From positions 1 through 39,582 of the forward strand of contig JAUCBJ010001217.1 of assembly GCA_032718475.1 (NCBI GenBank): a stretch of DNA of 39,582 nucleotides. The letters are read 5' to 3'. Numbering within the stretch: the stretch's first letter is position 1; the number at the start of each line of letters is the position of its first letter. This DNA is from Nemertoderma westbladi (Eukaryota > Animalia > Xenacoelomorpha). The notes under the pieces were generated by a model. That model made no database searches. It saw only the letters and a program-made list of their open reading frames with translations, and was not told the DNA's origin. Positions 26,130 through 34,779 of this stretch are shown piece after piece. A program made the position numbers and the translations under genes.

Positions 26130-27499
26130 TTCTGCAGGCCTGTTTGATTATTATTTAACAAATTTCAGCATTGACTTCAGGCATTACTAATGGCCTGTTA
26201 TTATTCTGTTTGATAATTATATTATTATTTAACATTGGTCTGTTGGTGTAGGACTATTAGGCATACACTCATTGTACAGTTGTAGTACTGGTATCCAACA
26301 TTATAAAGAGGATAATATATACAATATACATATATGGGCAGTCCAAGTTAATGCATCTTCGACTGCTTTAATTCAATCAAACAATGATGGCTGTTTTCCC
26401 AAGCACCGGTAGGCAGTAGGCCTATTATTACGAATGGTTAAGTATTAATTATGCACTCACCAAATCATCAAATTCTACCGGTCAGCCGATAGCTGTGGAC
26501 AATCTTTACGTCTGTATGGCATTCCAGGTCCTTATATCTGTTACTGTTTGTATGTGGCGTGGCTCGTTCGTTTTATATTCCAGGATTCGCCAAGTTTAAT
26601 TGATTCCGATTCATTATACTGATATAGGGAATACGTAGCGCATATAGCAGTATAGGTAGGCCTTAATTAAGTAGGCTGGGCTGTAGGCCTAGCTAATTTA
26701 TTGTTGATCCCTTTCATTAGAATTTCAGTACCGGTATCAGCGGAAGGTTATTCATTTAGTCTAAGCTGTTATACAATAATTGGGACTTAGGTCATATAAA
26801 TGTCACGACACCCCCCCCCCCCCCCCCCTCCTTTTCCGTATATAGTATGGTAATTACTTTAAAAAAAGTATTTTCAAGCTAAAGTTGATAAAATGCAATC
26901 AGCTCATTGCTATATACGCTGTACTGTATGGAGGAAGGTTAGGTGGATCTCTCGTATGAAATCATCCTACCACTATTGTAAATTATTCCAAGAAAAAACG
27001 TTACTGTAGGCTGAATGGTTGATGTTTAAGGATGGGAAGGCTATAACCAACCACCCAGTCACCTAAAGTAAAATATAAATCTAATATAAAGCTTCAACAT
27101 ATAAATAAAAATTTAATAGGACTAAAGTAAATAACAAATCAAATATGTACAAAATAGGCTTGGCCTACCCCATCCCACAAGCTATACAGTAGTCTGTAAT
27201 ATAGAACGCTAGGCAGACTTCAGGACTGCCAGGCAATCAGGTCACTGTCCAACTGTATAAAATACAAAATAATAATACGAAAACCAGTTCACACTTCACA
27301 GTGACGTATATCAGACAGTCAGAACCAGATATATATATATATTAAAATCCGGGATGTCCCCGGCGCTATAATATTGCCATAAATAAAATCATAAAAATCG
27401 ACGCACATAATGCTTAAAATAATAGAGTAAGGGCACATAAAATAATACTATTTCTATTCGGTTGCCACAAGTAGACAATATGTGGATTTCAAGCCAGTG

Positions 27500-28350
27500 A
27501 TAGATAGTACACTAAATAAGCCATTCAATATGACATATTATGTGATATACATATAGAATCATAATTCAAAATTCAAATGAAGAAAAATAATAAATTTCGT
27601 GAATTGCTATTAACAAGTGACGTAGCACTGGCACTGTACCAAAACTTCTTCGCCGCCGATATACAAAACAAAAACGATACCGGTATATAGTTGTGAAATA
27701 TGCTACGTTGACAACCAGTATATATATACCGACACCAGTATATAGATATACAGAATTCGATACCGGTATATAGTTGTGAAATATGCTACGTTGGCACTGC
27801 ACCAATAGCTTATTTGCCGCAGATATACAAAAAATCGATTTTACACGGGCACGGGCACCGACACCAGTATATAGATATACAGAATTCGACACCGGTATAT
27901 AGATGTGAAATATGCTACGTTGGGACTGTACCAATAGCTTATTTGCCGCAGATATATTAAAAATCGATTTTACACGGGCACGGGCACGGGCACCGACACC
28001 AGTATATAGATATACATAATTCGACACCGGTATATAGATGTGAAATATGCTACGTTGGCACTGCACCAATAGCTTATTTGCCGCAGATATATTAAAAATC
28101 GATTTTACACGTATACCAGTAAATAGATGTGAAAAATGCTGCGTATAGGAATTTAAAATATAATTATACATACCGGTATGCATTTCAAGCCAATGTTAGT
28201 ACTCGAAATAAACCATTCACTATTCTTTAGGCATTAAGATATTATTATGTGATATACATTTCAAAAATTCAAATCAAATTAAAATAAATTTCGTGAATTA
28301 ATTGTTATTAATCAAGCGACATAGCACTAGCACAAAAGATGTGAAAAATG
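27500..28350 (-). repeat. Tandem/segmental duplications at the LINE 3' end (~120-126 bp units plus a ~690-bp-spaced duplicate)
   Basis: CCGGTATATAG(A/T)TGTGAAATATGCTACGTTG...ACCAATAGCTTATTTGCCGCAGATAT recurs at ~27760, ~27890 and ~28025. 27510-27635 resembles 28205-28333. Confidence 0.85.
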
Positions 28351-31080
28351 CTACGTGTGGGGATTTAGAAATTCCTTTAATATCATTAATCTAGTGGATA
28401 TAGCGTAGTTTGTATTGTTCAAGAGTGATTGCGAGTACCAAGTGGTGAATTGATCCTTGGGGCTAATATCCGCCGTCTGGGCCATTTTTGCGGTTTGACT
28501 ACAATGTTTGGTTGAATATGGGTGGACAGCAATGGATAACAAATTCGGATTATTATATCTCCATGCTGTGAAATTATATGATGCAAATATGTCTACTGAG
28601 GGTCCCACACAATGGTCACACAATGTACTACCAAAGAGAAAGGCTAGTTTGGGATTCTTTGTATTAAATAATCTGTATATTAATTGAAATTGATTCAATC
28701 TAAGCTGTAATTCCACGTCCATTCCAAATAGCTGATATATCACTTTGTTTGAAATTCTGTTGTTCATTCCGATAATATGACGCATCGCTTTACGCAACTC
28801 CTTAGCTGTTTTGTCAATTTTTCCTGATGGTAGAGCAGCAGAGCCATATAGAATGCTCGATAGGCAAATTGTGTTCCAAACTAGTTTAGTTACATCCAGT
28901 GGGACTTCATTGATTGTTAGACCTCGGTGCGAGATCAGACCTACATTGCCCCAAATTTTTCCAATTACAAACTTTGATATTGTTTTGCCATCAGCTGGGA
29001 GGGGAATGCCCATATATTTGCAACTTTTTTTTGATTGCAGTGTTTTATCCTTGAGGGTAAGCATGTCATTGGTGTTCGTAGTGCCTTTGGTGTTAATGGA
29101 CAGGAAGTGACACTTTGACTCATTTAATTTGAGGTTGTGATCTCTGAGATACTGTGAACAAATTTCCAGTAAACTAGTGAGGTGTGACTTCATGTTCGCC
29201 AGGATTATAATGTCATCAGCGTAGTTTATGGCGCAGAAAGAAATATCTTTAATGTGGATACCAAGGTTTGACTTTTCGAGCTGTTCGAATAGGTCTGTCA
29301 GATAGAAATTGAACAGGAAAGGTGACAAGATACCACCCTGTCTCACTCCCTGTTGAATTGCAATTGGTTCACCTATAGTGTATCCCCCACAAGAGACATA
29401 TGCAGAAGATTGGTTGTAGTACGATTCTAAAGCGTTGATTATGTTTCCGTCTATATTGGTTTGTCTTAGTTTATGAAAGAGTTTGCTATGAGATATCATA
29501 TCAAAGGCACAGCTAAGATCCAAACTGAGTAGGTACATAGGAGATCCCTTCTTAGTAAATTTGTTGATGAGACTGGAAACAACGGCTTGATGGGCTATGT
29601 CTGATCCTATGTGTGGTTTGTATCCTAGTTGCAGGTGATTTGGAGATATAGATGTTATTTCTTTCAAGATGGATAGTTCCCAGAGCTTTCCTAATGTAAG
29701 TGTAACACTTATGTTCCTGAAGGATTGTTCTTGTGGAATAATACATTCTGTCTTATGGAGTTTGGGCACGGGTGCAATGGTCCCAAGAGAGAAAATCTTT
29801 GGGCATACACCACTGTTAGAAATTTCTGCAAAAAGTTCTGCAATGAAGGAGCATAGAGTCTCCGTCCGCCCATATATGAGACATTCAGCATTTATCCCAT
29901 ATAGATCACTAGTTTTGCCAGTGTTTAGTTTACTAATTAAATTGTAGATTTCAGAGGGATTTACTGTATGTTGTTTGGTTGGGTTGCATTGGCCAGATTG
30001 TTTGGTTGGGTTGCATTGACCAGTTTGCTGAGCTGCAGAATACTTTTCGTTTTCGGGTAAAGATAAGCTGGTTTTGATGGTACTAAATATTTTGCTAAGG
30101 TGGATATCAGAAACTGTATTTGTAACTCTTTTGGGCTTAATTTTCCTCCAGAAAGCGCTAGGATTGGTGCGGTTTGATGCCACAAGCGACTTCACATGAC
30201 TTTTATACTCAAACGATGGATTTTTATCTGATTGATTATATGTTCTATATTTGACGAAAGAGGAGGGAATATTTGATCTGCAGGCATTTCCAATAGTTTT
30301 TACCACGAGTTCTGCCTTACTATTGATGTCTTGGCTTGTATAATAAAGAAGATTCTGTTCTATTTCAGCACGGTAGGATTCTAATTGCTGTTTGGATGCT
30401 CTATTAAAATGAAAACGAATATTTTTGTTTTTTGTCTTTCTCACCATTGCATGGTGTTTATTTGGATGAGTATTTAATGTGATCTCTGAGAGCACGGGTA
30501 GGTGTCTTGAAACATTGTTTTTGGTACAGTTGAAAATTACTCCACCTGTGAGATAGTTGTACCATGATGTAGGTATGAAGGTATGATCGATGTGGCTTTT
30601 TTTGTGTCCATCTTTGCACTGCATGAGATAAGTAAATCTGTTTCCATTCGTTTTTTGAGTCATGTCCGCAGCGATGAAGTTGTATTCTGATATAATTTTC
30701 TCAAGGAAAATGTCTCCAAACTTCGATGATTTGACAGCTCCTCTGGGCTGTAACTGCTGATCTCCCTTTATGACCCCATTTATATCCCCCATAACAATTG
30801 GGGTTAGATTTTGGTTTAAACATTCATCAATGATCAGTCCTAGTTTCCCAACTTCTTTAAGATAATTAGATTCATCATCCTCTCTTCCACAGTTTGATGG
30901 CAAGTATACATTTAAAATTGCTATGTCTTCAGTAAACAAAGATCTGATGACAATGCCAGAAATTCGGTCAGAACCGGTTTTAAAACTTTTGCAATGCGGT
31001 ATTATGTCATTTCTTACATATATCGCTGTACCACCTTCGCCGCGAACTCTAGGTTTAGGCTTCAGCATTTCACTAGACAC
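28351..31080 (-). CDS. Non-LTR retrotransposon (LINE) ORF2: APE endonuclease (N-terminus missing) + reverse transcriptase, 909 aa uninterrupted
   Basis: EN motifs GGTAIYV, ILNVYLP, IVMGDIN, SHIDH and SRHLPV. RT motifs FRNISV, QLGYK, LDLSCAFDMISH, GVRQGGILSPFLFNFY, YADDIIIL and KYMGI. Confidence 0.92.
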   Translation of the reverse strand: MSSEMLKPKPRVRGEGGTAIYVRNDIIPHCKSFKTGSDRISGIVIRSLFTEDIAILNVYLPSNCGREDDESNYLKEVGKLGLIIDECLNQNLTPIVMGDINGVIKGDQQLQPRGAVKSSKFGDIFLEKIISEYNFIAADMTQKTNGNRFTYLMQCKDGHKKSHIDHTFIPTSWYNYLTGGVIFNCTKNNVSRHLPVLSEITLNTHPNKHHAMVRKTKNKNIRFHFNRASKQQLESYRAEIEQNLLYYTSQDINSKAELVVKTIGNACRSNIPSSFVKYRTYNQSDKNPSFEYKSHVKSLVASNRTNPSAFWRKIKPKRVTNTVSDIHLSKIFSTIKTSLSLPENEKYSAAQQTGQCNPTKQSGQCNPTKQHTVNPSEIYNLISKLNTGKTSDLYGINAECLIYGRTETLCSFIAELFAEISNSGVCPKIFSLGTIAPVPKLHKTECIIPQEQSFRNISVTLTLGKLWELSILKEITSISPNHLQLGYKPHIGSDIAHQAVVSSLINKFTKKGSPMYLLSLDLSCAFDMISHSKLFHKLRQTNIDGNIINALESYYNQSSAYVSCGGYTIGEPIAIQQGVRQGGILSPFLFNFYLTDLFEQLEKSNLGIHIKDISFCAINYADDIIILANMKSHLTSLLEICSQYLRDHNLKLNESKCHFLSINTKGTTNTNDMLTLKDKTLQSKKSCKYMGIPLPADGKTISKFVIGKIWGNVGLISHRGLTINEVPLDVTKLVWNTICLSSILYGSAALPSGKIDKTAKELRKAMRHIIGMNNRISNKVIYQLFGMDVELQLRLNQFQLIYRLFNTKNPKLAFLFGSTLCDHCVGPSVDIFASYNFTAWRYNNPNLLSIAVHPYSTKHCSQTAKMAQTADISPKDQFTTWYSQSLLNNTNYAISTRLMILKEFLNPHT

Positions 31081-31365
31081 TGTATATGTCGGACATAATA
31101 GGTTGAGGTAAGTTTCAACGACACGACTCTACCCGAACAGAACAAGACTGATAGACTGAAATTAGGTAAACTGATAAATATTTGTAGGCCTACCGGTCCC
31201 GGTATAGCAGTATTGTGCACCATCTTGATGACATTGCGGGTATGGAAGCATTTTTTATTAAGTTCTTGGTTGGGAATTTATTTATATCCTACATACAGAC
31301 ATATATATTCGGGATTACTGGGATACACTACAGTATACTGCATAGGTTTAATGAATGTAGGCCTA

Positions 31366-32266
31366 TTGCTCGTTGTTGCTCATTGTTGCTCGTTGTTGCT
31401 CATTGTTGCTCGTTGCTGCTCATTATTGCTCGTTGTTGCTCATTGTTGCTCATTGTTACTCGTTGTTGTACTTTATTATTGCTCGTTGTTGCTCATTGTT
31501 GCTCATTGTTACTCGTTGTTGCTCATTGTTGCTCGTTGTTGGTCATTGCTGCTCATTGTTAATCGTTGTTGTACTTCATTGTTGCTCGTTGTTGCTCATT
31601 GTTGCTCGTTATTGCTCGTTGTTGCTTATTGTTGCTCGTTGTTGTACTTTATTATTGCTAATTGTTGCTTATTATTGCTCGTGTTGCTCATTGTTGCTCG
31701 TTGTTGCTCGTTGTTGCTCATTGTTGCTCATTGTTACTCGTTGTTGTACTTTATTATTGCTCGTTGTTGCTCATTGTTGCTCGTTGTTGCTCATTGTTGC
31801 TCATTGTTGCTCGTTGTTGCTCATTGTTGCTCATTGTTGCTCGTTGTTGCTCATTGTTGCTCGTTGTTGGTCATTGCTGCTCATTGTTAATCGTTGTTGT
31901 ACTTTATTATTGCTCGTTGTTGCTCATTGTTGCTTGTTGTTGCTCATTGTTGCTCATTGTTGCTCGTTGTTGCTCGTTGTTGCTCATTGTTGCTCGTTGT
32001 TGCTCATTGTTGCTCATTGTTACTCGTTGTTGTATATTATTGCTCGTTGTTGCTCATTGTTGCTCATTATTGCTCGTTGTTGTTCATTGTTGCTCGTTGT
32101 TGGTCATTGTTGCTCGTTGTTGTACTTTATTATTGCTCGTTGTTGCTCATTCTTGCTCGTTATTGCTCATTGTTGCTCGTTGTTGCTCATTGTTGCTCGT
32201 TGTTGCTCGTTGTTGCTCATTTTTGCTCGTTGTTGCTCATTGTTGCTCGTTGTGCATTTTAGCACC
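31366..32266 (+). repeat. 10-bp satellite TTGCTC(A/G)TTG, ~0.9 kb
   Basis: Tandem 10-mers with recurring TTGTACTTTATTA and GGTCATTGCTG variants. The CCSLLLVVAH ORFs are translations of the repeat. Confidence 0.97.
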
Positions 32267-33271
32267 ACCATCCATACCTTATTTTTCTAGTTTATTAAAA
32301 AAGCCATAATAGACTGAAAATACCTATACATATAATAATGAACAGGAGGGATCTACACCTGTTTATTTAAAGTCAAAACTGGAGGGGGCATTAGAACCTC
32401 TATTTAAATACACTAAAGAAAATATTCAAAAAAAATGAAAACAAATTGAAAATAAAGAAGATAATTATATCATGCTTTAGTAGCGATTTTGATATTTTGT
32501 GCCATGCTGAACACATGTGCCATGTGCCACGTGCTAATAAGTGTAACTTCTGTACCACTGGATAATTCTAAACTATTTGTAATAGAATCAGCTCCTTTGA
32601 AAACCTATAAAAACCGCAAATGGCACATTTCTATTAAACTTTACCGATTTTTATATTTTGTGCCATGCCAAATAAAAGTGCCATGTGCCTCATGCAAAAA
32701 AGTGGCACTTCTGTGCTACTATAGAATTTTAAACCATTTACTAAAGCTTCAGCACCCTGTTAAACCTTGTGGAACCGAAATCTGTGCTATTCTTTCTTTG
32801 TTTATTGTGTTTGCCAAATATACAAATTTTGGCACGTGCCAGAAATGGCACAAAGCCACCTTTTCAGAATTTGAGACCCATCTCATAATATTCGCCACTA
32901 TCGAAAACCCGTATAGATGAAAAATAGTGCCCAAACTATGAATATTTTTCAAAATAATGAATTTTGGCCATAAACAGGGTTTCTGGACCACTGTGCGTTT
33001 CTGCAATGTTTTGAATAAGAACCCCGGTTAGACCCTTTAAATTATTTGTGTCGAAACGAAATTTCCCTGGCCCATATTTTCTCTCAGAACCACCTTAATA
33101 CAAATAAATTTGCCCGAATAGTTTTAACAATACTACTGGTGATAAATCTACAATATAGAGAAAGCAACTTGATACCACGGTTTCCCCTTTTTATCACAGG
33201 ATTTTGGATTGAGTCCAGCCCATGAGAAATAATACTCAGTGTCAAATCCTTTGTCCGATCACCTCAAACAT

Positions 33272-34282
33272 CAAACATCGGGAGACACACTTGCACCATT
33301 CTTGTTCATAATTGTTGTTGACTATGTTCTACGCATGTCCTTAGATCATCATAATGATGATGGGGTGATGATAACTCCACCTACTGGCTCCAGAAGTCGA
33401 GGAAATCCTGCCAAGTACCTAACTGATCTAGACTTTGCTGATGACTTAGGAGTACTCTCAGAATCACTAGAGGGAGCCCAACGGCTTCTCAGCTCATTAG
33501 AACATGCTGCTTCTAGTGTTGGTCTTTTTATTAACTCCAGAAAGACCGAAATTTTGACAGTTAACTTTGAAAGTCCTCAGCAAGTCTCTGATCGGATGAG
33601 CATAAGCTCAAAGGATGGTATGCTTTAGCACGTGGACGACTTCTGTTACCTGGGATCATGGATCCGGAAGTCAGGTGAGGACCTTCGAATACGTAAGGGA
33701 AAGGCATGGGCAGCCTTGAATAGGCTTTCCAGGATTTTGAAGTCACCGAGAATTAATCGGAAACTTAAGGTCCGATTATTTAGAGCAGCAGTAGTTCCAG
33801 TACTCCTCTATGGGAGTCCATGCTGGGCTCTAACTGCTGAGGACACTAAATCTCTGGATGGCACATTCACAAGAATGCTACGCCGGGTTCATTGTGTCAA
33901 GTACAATGCACACATATCCAACCAGACACTATATAACATATGTCTCATTGGAAGTGTCTTATTGGTTCCCCCTAGTGGTTGACACTAGAACAAAATCGCC
34001 TCCGCTTTGGAGGACATTGCTTTTGCCGTGAGGAACAGCCAGTGCATAATCTTGTACTTTGGCAGCCTCATGGAGTGAATAAGCATGGTGGGCAGCCCAT
34101 GACTTTCTTGAGACGCATCTTAAAGGACACTGGCCTTGAAGATGCGGATGATCTAGCAAATGTCATGGGTGATAGGGAGTTGTGGCGGTGCAATTTTGTC
34201 GATAAGCCCGCACAGCATTCCTAAAAATGCAGCTGCAATCCAGCATGCCGATCCTAGTAGTAGTAGTAGCAGTAGTACTAGT
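33272..34282 (+). mobile_element. 5'-truncated RTE-like LINE with (TAG)n tail and 76-bp flanking direct repeats
   Basis: GDTLAPFLF, LTDLDFADD, FCYLGSWI, KVRLFRAAVVPVLLYGS and RLRFGGHC, with a stop at 33626-33628 and a frameshift near 33960. The TAGTAG tail is at ~34255-34282. Repeats at 33196-33271 and 34283-34358 differ by 1 mismatch. Confidence 0.9.
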
Positions 34283-34485
34283 ACAGGATTTTGGATTGAG
34301 TCCGGCCCATGAGAAATAATACTCAGTGTCAAATCCTTTGTCCGATCACCTCAAACATGCACTCATATCACATATCCTCATACCCATACTATATACTATA
34401 CTATATAATATACTATAGTATACTAACATACTATATATATACATACTACTATATATATGCTAAATATACTATATATACATATATA

Positions 34486-34646
34486 TAGCGGTGAGAAACA
34501 ATCAAAATTCGAGTTCGATGGAGAAGTAAAAAAATTTTATTGATATTATCAGTCAAATAAATTAAATTGTTTAGAAAACATTATGACAGTAAAAACGTTT
34601 TTTTACGTCTCCATCAAACTCGAATTTTGATTGTTTCTCACCGCTA
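34486..34646. mobile_element. Hairpin MITE (~160 bp) in a TA-rich tract
   Basis: TAGCGGTGAGAAACAATCAAAATTCGAGTTCGATGGAGAAGTAAAA is inverted at TTTTACGTCTCCATCAAACTCGAATTTTGATTGTTTCTCACCGCTA, with (TA)n on both sides. Confidence 0.75.
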
Positions 34647-34779
34647 TATATACCGGAAGTCAGCAACAACAAACCTGCTCGTTTTTCTGGAATACATATA
34701 TAATATATATATATATATAACTGACTGTCTGACTGTACTGTACTGCTGTACAAACCCCTGAATCCCTTTTATATATATA

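Larger units (their letters stand above)
20303..26810 (-). mobile_element. BEL/Pao LTR retrotransposon, decayed
   Basis: Gag-protease-RT-RNaseH-integrase order on the - strand, with TGT...ACA termini between two poly-C tracts (20284-20302, 26811-26827). A purine-rich GAAGGCGGAG precedes the 3' LTR. A 39-bp LTR-start repeat lies at 20509-20547 and 26772-26810. Confidence 0.93.
15967..32995. mobile_element. Transib/RAG-like DNA transposon, non-autonomous, 17,029 bp including nested elements
   Basis: The left end is CACAGTGGGCCAGAGTTGGCCAAAAT. The right end (reverse complement) is CACAGTGGTCCAGAAACCCTGTTTATGGCCAAAAT. An exact 5-bp TSD CGTTT lies at 15962-15966 and 32996-33000. Inverted subterminal similarity includes the satellite arms. 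No transposase ORF was recognised. Confidence 0.85.

Noticed and set aside
27566-28183. 205-aa ORF with internal repeats
   Set aside because: It coincides with the ~120-126 bp tandem repeat and has no recognisable domain.
31213-32309. Long hydrophobic Cys/Leu ORFs (CCSLLLVVAH)n
   Set aside because: A stop-free 10-bp satellite read in all three frames.
15967-32995. RAG1/RAG2 or Transib transposase coding sequence within the RSS-ended element
   Set aside because: All long ORFs are explained by Penelope, BEL, LINE or satellites. Decayed remnants in 16650-17570, 19530-20280 or 26830-27500 cannot be excluded without tBLASTn.
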